From Azolla caroliniana (lineage: Eukaryota; Plantae; Polypodiophyta): 64,000 nt of DNA. The notes beneath the pieces are model-generated. The model made no database searches. It saw nothing but the letters and a program-made list of their open reading frames with translations, and was not told where the DNA came from. Positions 1 to 11,532 of the stretch are shown piece after piece. The DNA is taken from assembly GCA_043228905.1 (NCBI GenBank), contig JBHGNT010000001.1, positions 29,388,001-29,452,000 of the forward strand, written 5' to 3'. Within the stretch, counting starts at the first letter, position 1. The number at the start of each line of letters is the position of its first letter. The position numbers and the translations under genes are program-made.

Positions 1-18
1 CTCCAGATCGGTGGATTC

Positions 19-563
19 TTGAGGACAATGACGCCGGATGCGTCATGGACGAAGGACGAGTCCAACCGGATCCGGAAGAAAGCTTACCGATTCTTTCTCC
101 GGGACGGATACCTATGGAAGCACCCGAAGAAGAGGGACGGCGCTCCGCTCCGGGTGGTGGCGATGAAGGAAGAACAGGAGGAGCTGCTGACGGCCTACCA
201 CGACAGCCCTTGGGCCGGACACCGTGGAACCTGGGCCACGTTCGAGAAGATAAAGGGGAAGTACTGGTGGTCGGGACTGTACCGGGACGTGCATCGATTT
301 GTGACAACTTGCGAGAGCTGTCAGATGCACTCCATAGTCCGACACCGGGACGAACTTCACCCTACGTACCCTCCGACCATCCACTTCAAATGGATGGTAG
401 ACCTGGTAACGATGCCGATAGGAGTAGGACAGATGCGGTATCTGGTCCTGGCTCGGGAAGATCTAACGAACCAGGTTGAAGGCCGGGCCCTTCAGAACAA
501 AACGACTACGGCCGTATGTCGGTTCCTGCTCGAGGACGCAATATGCCGGTACGGGTGCGTCGG
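19..563 (+). pseudogene. Ty3/Gypsy integrase fragment (H2C2 zinc-binding domain and start of catalytic core), truncated at about 563
   Basis: The translation contains H-x6-H-x29-CxxC (HDSPWAGH...CESC), KWMVDLV and LAREDLTNQVEGRAL, then RYGCVG. The sequence then switches abruptly to LTR-A sequence (acccttcataagtgacc, also at about 7877). Confidence 0.9.
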
Positions 564-747
564 ACCCTTCATAAGTGACCCCTCCCTTCCTTTTATAGCC
601 CAAGGAGGGAGGGACCTTACAATGTGGGACAAAATTTCCCCTCTTATTTCTATACACCATTTCCTAGAACATGTGTGCACATGTTGCACACCACCGACTT
701 GCCCTTTCCACCCCGGTTTCCGCCTATGAACGAAAATCTTCACGACA
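564..747 (-). repeat. Element A 3' LTR (partial)
   Basis: Matches 7877-8060, ends cttcacgaca and abuts the PPT. Confidence 0.9.
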
Positions 748-2207
748 TCCGCCCCCACCAAACCGCACATCCACTGGTATGTGCCAAGAAGGGGAAATAG
801 GTGAGATCTTCGGCCATGGTGGTCAACCGAGTCCTTAGCGTCTTTGTCAGCTTTGCCCGACTTCGTCTTCCACTTCGAGCAAGCCCATCCGTCCCACATC
901 GACCACCGTAGCCTCCCGGTTCACCATATCCGTCTTATGCTCTCGAGCCGTTGGCTCCATTCGATCCACCATACTCGACGGAGTTCGCCGAACCACTGTC
1001 TCTGCCCGGTTCGCCAGACCCAGTCTTCGCACACCTCTCTTTATCTTCCTTCATTCTCTGCGCGACCTTGGATCAAATCCTCGTTCTTCCCGACTATTTG
1101 CCGATTATTGCACCGTGTACTCTTCGTCCACGCTTGTCTTGCCTCGGTCGCTTCCTCGACTCGGCATTGCCACGCGCCGAACTTCGTCATCGATCATCCT
1201 CGTGCTTGTCGCTAGGCCCTTACGCGGCCACATCGCACGTCTCGCACTCCGCTCCGCTCTGCGTACCCTTTCGAAAAGGTACGTTGCTTCCCCGACATCC
1301 GTATCAGTGCTCTCGTCTTCGGTGTCCTCCGCAACCTCCGATGTTGCCGCTTCACCCCGAGGTACACCCTCTTGGTCTACCTCGTATGTCCTCCGGATAC
1401 GCTCCGGATCTCTCCAATCGCACTCCGGTTTCCGCCCTTTGCGTGCCGCTCCTTTGGTTTTATCGTCTTCGCATGCCGAACACCTCAGTGTGTCGACTCT
1501 TCCCGCTCCGCGCTGTCGTGCCTTTCGGCTCCGGATCGTTTGCGTGAGTCGGGTGGGAACCACCGGGGTTTTGGACTAGGAGGAGGAAGAATTTGAGGCT
1601 AATCTAGTTATGAATATGAATAGATTATAAGAAAGAGATATAGAAACTTGTGAATCCCACAAGTATAATTGTTTTAGTTTATCTAAATCGTAGTAATAAA
1701 TTGAAATAATTTAGAATAGATTAGAGTAGATTGAGAAAAGAGATCAAACCTTGTGAATCCCACAAGTATTACATTAATCAATATTTATGTAAGAATATGA
1801 ATTTAGATTGAAAGAGATAGATTATCTTAAACTTCGTGAATCCCACGAGTATATTTTATTGATTGTTGGTGTTTTAGGAAATATATCCAATTTCCCAAAT
1901 ATTTTTCACACCTATTACATTGTGCTCCCCATCCTTATGTAGTGATGGGAGAGACTAAGCATAGCTACATGCTTTTTTTTCTAATATGTTCATGCACACT
2001 AAATGTGCATGTGATGCTTTTCTAATCCTTGCTTTTATTTGCTAAATATAGTGCTCATGCACGCTAGATGTGCATGAGTCACTTTTTAGTTGCTTGCGTT
2101 TTTCTATAAAATATTCACGCACTCTAAAAATGCACGATTTACCTTTTAATAAAGGTAGGCGCAAATAAAGCACTTATAGTTATTAAATCTATTTATAAAA
2201 CACTAAA

Positions 2208-2277
2208 GATAAGGTAGCATAATGGTAAAGTTGAGGTTTGGCTACGTGGAGGTACAAGGTTCAAATCTTGCCTTATG
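2208..2277 (+). promoter_or_regulatory. tRNA-like Pol III A/B-box cassette inside LTR-B (second copy about 4698-4767)
   Basis: A-box-like TAGCATAATGG at 2215-2225 and B-box-like GGTTCAAATCT at 2258-2268, flanked by complementary ATAAGG/CCTTAT. Confidence 0.55.
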
Positions 2278-2309
2278 CACGTGATAAATATCTTGGTATA
2301 TTATTTTAT

Positions 2310-3962
2310 TTATTTATATGTAATTAAATCGGTTATATTATTTTTTACTTTTTCACGTAGTGTACGAAATACACTACGACACTCGCCCCCTCCGAACCCG
2401 CACATCCTCTGGTATGTGCCGAAGTTGCCGATGCTCGTTGTCTCCCCTTCATCCTCCGTTTGTCCCGCTATGTCAACTTTGTCTCTCCATTTTGAATAGA
2501 CCCATTCTTTCCACCCGAACCATTGTCGCCATCCGATCCACCATATTCTTTGTTCATTCTTTGCATTGCCATGAGTGGTTGTCATGGTCCCTTGTGGTAC
2601 TCTTGAGCATCTCGGTGTATTGTCTCTCTCCACTCCGTGCTTGTCTTCCGTAGGTTCTACCCACGCGTCGATGTCGACCTCCGAATACGCGCTCGCTGTT
2701 AGGTCCTTGTGCGGCTTTAATGCATGCTTTATTTCTCGATGTTGCGCATGCGTCGTATTAGGCCGTAGCGCATGCTTCGTATTCCATCGTAGTGCATGCG
2801 CCGTATTACCCCGTAGTGCATGCTTATTTTTGCACCGTAGCGCGTGCTTCTTTTTGCGCCGTAGCGTGTGCTTCTCTTTACGCCGTAGCACGTGCTTCTT
2901 TTGGTGCCGTAGTGCGTGCTCCGTATTACATGCTTCTCCCATCGTAGACCCGACCTTCGCGTTGTCATGCTTTTGTTTACATCGGAATTTCAGACGGATC
3001 ATCTTCCATCCGAACCGGCTTCCGACTTTACCTTCCTTGTTGCCACCTCCCGTCTCTCCGGTCTCACGTTGGTTCTCGGACACAACCGCCGAAGTCTCTA
3101 GAATTAGTGGGTAGGAATCCTCGGTATTATCATCTTCCGTTGTTTCACCCATAGCCATGATCTCCTTGGCTATCTCTCCTTCGTATGCATCGGCTTCGAC
3201 CTTCGTTTCGTTGCCGCCACTTTCCTTATCTTTGGTGTTATGTCGACACCCGGGCTCCAGTACCGAAGTCTCCGAAACAATGGTGAAGGAATCCCTTCGT
3301 TCGTGCTCATTTACTTTGTCTTCCTCGTTGCCCTTCCGGTCCTCCACTTTTCCACCGACACATTCCGTCTCTCCGGTCTCACGTTGGTGCACGGGCACAG
3401 CCGCCGAAGTCTCTGGAACCGGTGTGGGGATACCCTTTCGTCCTCGATCTTCCTCCTCCTCGTCCTTTGTTGGCCTCGACTTTGGTTCGGTTTTAAGCTC
3501 CCCTTCAATGTCGACTTGCGACTTTTCATGCATCTCCGAACCCTTCCGCATCAAGCTCTCCTTCGGTGGTAGTCGGTGGCCGCTTTTCACCCACTGTTGA
3601 CCGTCGTTCGTGGACCATGTCCTCGTCCGCTTCGGTCTTAGATAGTCATATGTGTCTCGTATAGCTTCTTCAAAGGACTCCCACATCGGGCTTTGTTGTC
3701 GTATCTCGTGGATTCTCTCTTGAAGCTCATCCGTAGCCACCCGGTTGAAAGATAACACTTGCAATCTTTCTGAGATACCATATCGCAACATCTCCATTTT
3801 GTAGTCACGTAGATAGCGTGACACGTCCTTTCCATCGAATTGCCCGTTCTGTTGCACGAGCCGTTGTACTACTGTCGTGATCTCCGACATCTCGCGTTGT
3901 TCTTGTAGCATTCTCTCGAACATCATCATCATCATGTTCATCGCCTCTTGTTGATTCTCCAT
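2310..3962 (-). CDS. Element B single ORF: Gag N-terminal region, acidic low-complexity region, basic 8-aa repeats and Trp-rich C-terminus (about 550 aa)
   Basis: Uninterrupted ORF from the ATG just after the PBS through the PPT into the 3' LTR. FDGKDVSRYLRDYKMEMLRYGISE matches the gag of element F. No zinc knuckle and no pol. Confidence 0.7.
   Translation of the reverse strand: MENQQEAMNMMMMMFERMLQEQREMSEITTVVQRLVQQNGQFDGKDVSRYLRDYKMEMLRYGISERLQVLSFNRVATDELQERIHEIRQQSPMWESFEEAIRDTYDYLRPKRTRTWSTNDGQQWVKSGHRLPPKESLMRKGSEMHEKSQVDIEGELKTEPKSRPTKDEEEEDRGRKGIPTPVPETSAAVPVHQRETGETECVGGKVEDRKGNEEDKVNEHERRDSFTIVSETSVLEPGCRHNTKDKESGGNETKVEADAYEGEIAKEIMAMGETTEDDNTEDSYPLILETSAVVSENQRETGETGGGNKEGKVGSRFGWKMIRLKFRCKQKHDNAKVGSTMGEACNTEHALRHQKKHVLRRKEKHTLRRKKKHALRCKNKHALRGNTAHALRWNTKHALRPNTTHAQHREIKHALKPHKDLTASAYSEVDIDAWVEPTEDKHGVERDNTPRCSRVPQGTMTTTHGNAKNEQRIWWIGWRQWFGWKEWVYSKWRDKVDIAGQTEDEGETTSIGNFGTYQRMCGFGGGECRSVFRTLREKVKNNITDLITYK
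2705..2930. repeat. About 9 imperfect 24-bp tandem repeats in the element B ORF
   Basis: Units like tgcgccgtagcgcgtgcttctttt encode HALRRKKK-type octapeptides. Confidence 0.9.
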
Positions 3963-3978
3963 CTCCTTGCCACCCGCC

Positions 3979-3996
3979 TTCACGTCGGGTTCACCA
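3979..3996 (-). promoter_or_regulatory. Primer-binding site complementary to tRNA-Trp (element B)
   Basis: The minus strand reads TGGTGAACCCGACGTGAA, the reverse complement of the 3' end of plant tRNA-Trp(CCA) (...TTCACGTCGGGTTCACCA). Confidence 0.88.
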
Positions 3997-6900
3997 ACTG
4001 TGTCGTGCCTTTCGGCTCCGGATCGTTTGCGTGAGTCGGGTGGGAACCACCGGGGTTTTGGACTAGGAGGAGGAAGAATTTGAGGCTAATCTAGTTATGA
4101 ATATGAATAGATTATTATAAGAAAGAGATATAGAAACTTGTGAATCCCACAAGTATAATTGTTTTAGTTTATCTAAATCGTAGTAATAAATTGAAATAAT
4201 TTAGAATAGATTAGAGTAGATTGAGAAAAGAGATCAAACCTTGTGAATCCCACAAGTATTACATTAATCAATATTTATGTAAGAATATGAATTTAGATTG
4301 AAAGAGATAGATTATCTTAAACTTCGTGAATCCCACGAGTATATTTTATTGATTGTTGGTGTTTTAGGAAATATATCCAATTTCCCAAATATTTTTCACA
4401 CCTATTACATTGTGCTCCCCATCCTTATGTAGTGATGGGAGAGACTAAGCATAGCTACATGCTTTTTTTTCTAATATGTTCATGCACACTAAATGTGCAT
4501 GTGATGCTTTTCTAATCCTTGCTTTTATTTGCTAAATATAGTGCTCATGCACGCTAGATGTGCATGAGTCACTTTTTAGTTGCTTGCGTTTTTCTATAAA
4601 ATATTCACGCACTCTAAAAATGCACGATTTACCTTTTAATAAAGGTAGGCGCAAATAAAGCACTTATAGTTATTAAATCTATTTATAGAACACTAAAGAT
4701 AAGGTAGCATAATGGTAAAGTTGAGGTTTGGCTACGTGGAGGTACAAGGTTCAAATCTTGCCCTATGCACGTGATAAATATCTTGATATATTATTTTATT
4801 TATTTATATGTAATTAAATCGGTTATATTATTTTTTACTTTTTCACGTAGTGTACGAAATACACTACGACAGCGCTTGCCTTCCGTAAGCTCTTCTCGTG
4901 CGCCGATGTTGTCCCCGGAATATGCGCTCATTCTTTGGCCCTTAGGCGATCCCATTCCGCGTTCCTTGCTTCTCCTTTGCCCGTCGTGCTCTCTCACCGT
5001 AGAGCGTACCGTCATCCCGACCTCCGTGTTGGTGTCCCTCGAGGCTCTCGTTACCGCCTCGCCTCGACTTGCGCCCTCTTGGCTCGCTTGGCCCCGCACG
5101 TCCTCCGGGACGCCGCTTTGTCTCTCCCTGGTGCATAACTCTTTGCTCTCCGCACACCATCCTCCGTTTTCGTCGTTCATCCGCCGAATCCGGCAACTCA
5201 TCACTCCGTCTCTTGCAGCATGCTTGCCTCTCAACGGCTCGACCGGTCCGCCGTTGCCGGTCACTCGTTGCCGCTCTTCCGGCTACATGCTTGCTTCTTG
5301 GCCCTTCGTCGGCAGTAGTGCATGCTCTGTTTTATGCCGTAATGCATGCTTCGTGTTACACGCTTCTTCCGCCGTAGTCCCGACCTCCGCGTCAGCCTCT
5401 TCTTCCTTTGTCGTCGTAGACCCTTCCGTCTCCGTTTGGCCCTCTTGGCCATGCTCGTCCGTCTTCACGCACCGAGTACCCATTCCGGTAGCCTCGTCCG
5501 TTCCGGTCTCCGACTCCTCGCCGCCACCCGCCACCACCCGCCGTCTTTCCGGTCTTACGTTGATCCGCAACCGCCAAAGTCTCTAGAATAGGTGGGGAGG
5601 GTCCCGCTCGTTTCCGGTCTTCCACGGAACCGTAGTCATCATGCCCGCTTGGCCTCCCTCTCGCGCTCACAGGCTCCCACCGGGTGTTGTGGCTCGTTCG
5701 CCTCGACCTCCAATCATGCCGACTTAGCCTTCACCCGGATCAGTCTCAGCTGATCGAGTTCCAGTTTGGTCGGCTCCCTTCGGTAATCGTAACCGGCCGG
5801 TACATGTTTGTCCGAACAAATCCGGCCTTCCTGGCTCTTCTTCGGTTCGGGCCCGGTTGACTTTCGGTCATGTCAGATTATCGACCGGTTCATCTTCCGG
5901 TCGGGTCGGTTCCCGACTCTCTCCTATTTGCCGCTCCCGACCTCTCCGTCAGTCCTCTTGTATATGCCCGTTCCGGGCCTCGCATCCTCATCTTCGTGCG
6001 TGTTCGCTCCAGGCCACGCCTCCTCACGGCCACCACCCTTCTCTCCGGTCTTATGTTGGCATTCGAGCGCAACCGCCGTGGTCTCCGGTCTCGGTGTCGA
6101 GGGGACTTTCCTCCGTCCGCTATGACCTTCCTCGTCGTCGTTTCGGTCGCTCGCTTTGCCGCCGCCACCTTCCGTCTCTCCGGTCTCACGTGCGCTCTCG
6201 GGGCCGACCACCGAAGTCTCTAGAATAGGCGTGGGAAAAGTCCCGGTACCGTTACTCGCCGATGTCATGTTTGTAGCCACCTTCGTTCGAACGTCGTGGT
6301 CTGTGGCTATCTCGTCCCCGGTTACGCAAGCCTTGGTTACGCTTGCTACCTCCTCGTCCTCATCCTCGTCTCGGTTGCCCGCCTTGCTGTCGCCACCGCT
6401 CGTCGCTCTAGGACTCACGCCGGCACTCGGGCCGACCGCCGGAGCCTCTAGGGCCGGTGTGTGTAAGGCCGCGGCACCGCCGCTCGTTCTCTCTGTAGCC
6501 ACCTCCGTCCGGACGTCGTTATACACGGCTACCCCGCCTCCAATCGCGCAAGCCTCGATTACGCTTGTTGTCGTCTCTTCCATGTTGTCGTCTTGGTTGC
6601 CCGCCTTGCCACTGCCACCGCCCGTCCCTCTAGGTCTCACGCCGGAACTCGGGCCGACCGCCGGAGCCTCTAGGACCAGTGTGGGTAAGATCCCGGCACC
6701 GCCACTCGTTTCCTCCCCGCTCGATGTTTTGGGCCATAGTGTCCCGAAACCTCTGCCCACTCTCGAAGTGGTGCTCCCTGCTTCGTAGTCACCGGCCTCG
6801 TCCATGGCTGTCCCTTTTCCACAAGACGAGAGGGTCGCTTGCCCTGCACCCTCTCCCACGTCGTCGTCGTTGCACGCTCTTCCGGCCTCCGTATAGGCCC

Positions 6901-7521
6901 CATCGTCCAGCATATGGAGGCTTCTTCCTCCGCATCCTCGGATCGTCTCCAGCCGGACTCCATAATAAGCCCTTCTTTAGCTTCGAACTTCACCTTCACG
7001 CTGTCGCACGCCTCCCATACCAATGCCTCTAGGTCATACTCCTCCGGTTGATCGCACGTCGAGCTCTATTCCGACGGTAGTGCGTAGCCGCTCACCGCGC
7101 TCTCTTCTCCGCCGCTCGTGGGCCACGTTGTTGCCGACCGCTCCCCATCGGGTTGCGGGCATACCCACTCCGATTTCGCGTATCCGTATGCGTCCAATAG
7201 AGCTCCCTCAAAGGACTCCCATGACTCGTGAGCTTCTCGTAGCTCCTTGACCTCCTTGTGCACCGATACGACCGCCACTCGAGGAAAATACTCTAGCCGC
7301 ATCGCCTCGTCCACGCCCCCTTTCGCCATCTTGACCTTCTAGGCTCCCAAAAATTTTGGGACCTCATTCCCATTGAACCGGCCGACTCGATCGACCACCC
7401 TTTTGACGGCTTGTTGAGCCGCATCTCACTTCACCATCTTCCGTCCGGCTTCCATCACGATCTTTGCCATCATCTCCTCGAAGTCGAAGTCTTCTTCCAT
7501 CTCCATCCTCCCTTGCCGTCC

Positions 7522-7539
7522 TTCACGTCGGGTACACCA
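7522..7539 (-). promoter_or_regulatory. tRNA-Trp PBS (element A, 1 mismatch)
   Basis: The minus strand reads TGGTGTACCCGACGTGAA. Confidence 0.85.
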
Positions 7540-7543
7540 AAGA

Positions 7544-8060
7544 TGTCGCGTTGTTACGCGCGTGCGTGTAGAAGGGGGGCGGGACCACGGGGGTCTCGGA
7601 CTAGGGATTAGAGGAGAAAGAATAAGATATGACATGGAGGCTTAGCTCAAGAGGAGAAGAAGAAAGAATAAGATCATGACATAGGAGGAGAGATCGACGG
7701 AGGTAAGATACTCAACAAGATATCTTAAAACAACGAATGGTTACAACAATGGTGGCCGCATGGGCCGTACCAAAAGACTATGAGAAAACCCTAGCCGAAG
7801 ATGAATAACAAAACCCTAACCCTAAACGGCAAGAACTCTAGGCTAAGTGGTATACCTTTCATACGCAAAATAGGCAACCCTTCATAAGTGACCCCTCCCT
7901 TCCTTTTATAGCCCAAGGAGGGAGGAACCTTACAATGTGGGACAAAATTTCCTCTCTTATTTCTATACACCATTTCCTAGTACACGTGTGCACATGTTGC
8001 ACACCACCGACTTGCCCTTTCCACCCCTGTTTCCGCCTATGGACGAAAATCTTCATGACA
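7544..8060 (-). repeat. Element A 5' LTR
   Basis: TGTCGCG...CATGACA termini, 4 nt from the PBS; minus-strand TATAAAAG near 7903-7910. Confidence 0.9.
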
Positions 8061-9349
8061 ACGTATCACGCTATCTTCGGGACTACAAGGCGGAAATGAT
8101 ACGGTGCGGTGTCGTGAAGAAAACGGTCCCTTGGCGGAAACTGAATTTAGCGTGTGTAAACCGGCCCTTACACGTGAGCACACTTTCGTTGCATAGTAGG
8201 TCGGTAGGTACAAGTCGGCTGAGGTGAAATCCTAGGTAGCACGCATTCAATAGGGAGAGACATAATATGATGTAATGAATGATAACGGCCTCCCTCCTTG
8301 GGCTATAAAAGAGAGGGAGAGGAATGAAAAAGGGATCGCTTTTGTGAAGGGAAGTGTTGTCGGACTGGGACCGAGCTCTTCTCCTCCTTCTTTCTCTGTA
8401 TTCGTTGGGTGCAGGTTTTCGGGAGGCTGACTCTACTTCCTGGAACGCCCGTGTGGTTCCGGCAGAGTCTCCATCTCCCTCTTCTACGTGTGAGTGAACA
8501 GGCGTCGGTGTTCACCTTGCCGGCCTGTTAGTTGTAACCGTCTTGATATACACATACAAATTAATATACATACATTGTCGTGAAGAATTTCGGCCATAGG
8601 CGAAAACCAGGAAACGTTGGCTACATCGGCGGGGTGCAGCATGTGTACGCACCCATGTACATTTAGTGTGAATATCGAGGGCGCCTTTATGGCGCTGAAG
8701 AGAGTCAAGTCGGGGCAGACGATCCCATGTAAGGCGGAATTTGTCCCACATTGTAACGCGTCCCTCTCCTTGTACTATAAAAGGAAGGGATCACCCTTTG
8801 GAAAGGGGTTGCCCATTTTTGCATTAGAGGGTATACCGGTAGGTTTAGGGTTAGGTTTCTTCTAGTTCTTCTTCTTTCCCTTCGTGTTCGCTTAGGTTTT
8901 GCTTCAGCTCATCTCCTGCGCAAGACCCCCCTTGGCGCGACGAGCCCGTAAGCTCCCCGACGGCGGCTTGGCAGCAGACGACTACTGTAACCTACCTCAG
9001 TCCGCCTCGAAGCCGGGAATGTATTCTTCTTCTATATATATACATATACGTTTGCATCTGTCTGTGTATATTGGCGTCTTGTTGGTGTCGGGTGCTCCCC
9101 TTCTTCCCTGCGTTTCCTGTACATGAGGGCGTGAGTCGGGTCGGGCTGTGTGTGCGTGTGTGTGCGTGAGTCGGTGTTAAGCACGCTCTCTCTCTCGCTC
9201 TCGCTCTCTCTCCCTTCGGTTGCTTCCGGTGTGTTTCAGAGATGCCCCAGAAGTAGTGAAGCACGACTTCCTACGCTCCGTCACTCCCTAGTCCAAGACC
9301 CCCGTGGTCCCGCCTTTCCCCACGCACGCGCGTAACAACGCGACATCTT

Positions 9350-9367
9350 TGGTGAACCCGACGTGAA
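9350..9367 (+). promoter_or_regulatory. tRNA-Trp PBS (element C)
   Basis: TGGTGAACCCGACGTGAA, 4 nt after the LTR end CGACA. Confidence 0.9.
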
Positions 9368-9382
9368 AGGCGGCAAGGGAGG

Positions 9383-10822
9383 ATGGAGTCGGAAGACGAT
9401 GAACTTGCGGAGATGGTGGCCGAATTGGTGTTGGAGTCAGCACGAGTGGTGATGAGGCGAGAAGCAACGCAACAAGCGGTTGAGCGAGTGGTTGAAAGAG
9501 TCGACCGTTTCAACGGGGACAAAGTCCCATCTTACTTGGTAGCCTACAACGCGGAAATGGAGGAGCGTGGCGTAGACGAGGCGTTGAGGCTGGAGTTCTT
9601 CTGTCGGGTCGTAGCTGTCCGGATGCATGCGGAAATAAAGGAGCTCCGAGAGGCTCATAGTTCGTGGGAGGCCTTCGAAGAGGCGCTCCTGAAGGCATAT
9701 GGAGGGCGGCGGAAGAGCTAGGGACGGCACGACTTTGACCAGTGGGTAGCATCGGCAAAGACCCACCGGGGCACGACCAAGGCGTTCCGAGAGTTCGAGC
9801 GACGGCTTGGTCGGTTCCCGGAGCGGGAACAAGGTTTGGTGGGGGCGGACAAAGTCCTTTTGTTCGTCAGGTCGATCGACCAAGCGGAACGGGAAGCCAT
9901 CGGGATTGAGCTCGAAGATGATGACGGAGCGAATGGGCTTACGGAGGACTGGTCGAAGGTCGGAAGGGTGTGCCAACGGCTAGACAACGAGCGAGCCGAG
10001 AAGGCTAAGAGGAAGGTACGCGACGGCGTGCCATCACAGCGGGAAGAGGCCGAACGGCAAAGAGAGTCGGCAAAGATCGGCGTTGGGGCCAGGATTGTGG
10101 AGGCGTACGCAGCTCTCGAGGCGATGCTCGAGGAAGAGGAAAGACAGAGGCCGCAAGCCGAGACTGAGAAGACGGACTTGCCCCACGCGACGGCGGAAGA
10201 TCGGTACGTCGGTACCACGGGAGAGGGTGCGGAACGAAACGCCCTCTCGACTTGCGGAGATAGAACGGCCAAGGACGAGGCCGAGATACCGATCGCGGAA
10301 CCGGAACGTTGGGACCAGAGGTTTCAGGCGTGTCAGCCCGAGATCCCGGTCATTGGAGAAGCAAGCCCAGACGGGGCTTGCGCGATCGGTAAGAAGATGA
10401 CCGCCGACCACGGAGAGCCGGTGGCTACGGACAAGGGCGTAAAACGAACGGGTGATTCCTTGTGTCTTCCCACACTTGCTCCCGAGACGATGGCAGTCGG
10501 GCCCGAGTGCCCATGCGAGTCCCAAGCAAAGGAAGCCAGCAGCGATAGGCCAAGAATCACCGGCGAGACGATACGGGGAAGGAACGGACGAAAGCCCACG
10601 GACCCGATTCCGAAGAACTCGGCATTCGGGCCCGCATGGCCATGTAAGGCTGAGGAGATGGATAGCAGTACCGAGGAGTCCTGGCACGATGCCAGCGAAG
10701 TCGGATGGGAAACGGCCTGCGAGGAGGCCAAGGACGGAAGCGGCACGAGGAGATCGTCATTCCAATACGGATGGGGCGTGATCCGGTCGTGGATCGTTCG
10801 ATCGAGGCCGGATTCGGCATAG
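9383..10822 (+). pseudogene. Element C Gag-like ORF with one in-frame TAG at 9719-9721
   Basis: ORFs 9383-9721 and 9836-10822 are in the same frame. Homologous to the D ORF (RFNGDKVPSYL...SWEAFEEAL...GADKVLLF...GLTEDW). Confidence 0.8.
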
Positions 10823-11532
10823 AGGTGCCAATACGGTGTCGCGTTGTTACGCGCGTGCGTGGAGAAGGGCGGAACCACGGGGGTCTTGGACTAAGGAGAA
10901 GGGGAGAAGGAATAGGACTTCGGAATGGAGCTTAGCACAAGAAGAGAAAGAATGAACAAAAGGAAGATGGAGGCCAAATGCTCAACAAGATATATTAGAA
11001 CCGAAAACCGATTACAAAATGGCGGCCGCGTAGGCCGCACCAAACGACTATGATAAACCCGAAACCCTAATCCGACGAAGAAGAAAAGAAACCCTAAACG
11101 AAACCCTAACCCTAAAACGAAGTGGTATACCTCACTCACACTCAAAATAAGGCAACCCCCACAATGGTGCTCTTCCTCTCCCTTTATAACACAAGGAGGG
11201 AAGACCGTTACATAAAAGGGTGCTACAAAATATCCCCTTTCAATCAATGGGGATATTTCCCTTGATTTTAGGGGAGGTGGGAATGATGGGTCTTAACTCC
11301 CACCTCTACACGAACTACTATGTACCTATCTCTCTCTCTCACGTGGATGTGCGCGCAAAAGCACATCACCTCTACACTTTACAAATCCTAAGGTGCATCT
11401 CTAGCACCATACTTATCACTATCGATAAATAGAAATACAACATGGTGATGTGCAACGTTGCACATCGCGGGTTTGCTTGCTTCGCTCGGTTTTCCGCCTA
11501 TGGACGAAAATCTTCACGACATCCGCCCCCAC

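Larger units (their letters stand above)
1514..4871 (-). mobile_element. Complete young non-autonomous LTR retroelement B inserted in A
   Basis: LTRs 1514-2381 and 4001-4871 differ by about 3 substitutions and one 3-bp indel. PBS 3979-3996, PPT 2382-2394. 4-bp TSD GCGC (1510-1513 / 4872-4875). The uninterrupted homologous site is visible in element D (ctccgcgcttgccttcc, about 11964). Confidence 0.95.
564..8060 (-). mobile_element. Non-autonomous Gag-only LTR retroelement A (decayed ORF, 3' LTR truncated, interrupted by element B)
   Basis: 5' LTR 7544-8060 (TGTCG...TGACA) and partial 3' LTR 564-747 are nearly identical. PBS at 7522-7539, PPT at 748-760 (minus strand TGGTGGGGGCGGA). Gag-like N-terminus (MEEDFDFEEMMAKIV...EAHESWESFEGAL) is broken by stops. 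No RT or integrase motifs seen. Confidence 0.88.

Noticed and set aside
9719-9721. In-frame TAG in element C gag as programmed readthrough
   Set aside because: Element D is open through the homologous region, so a simple nonsense mutation in an older copy is more likely.
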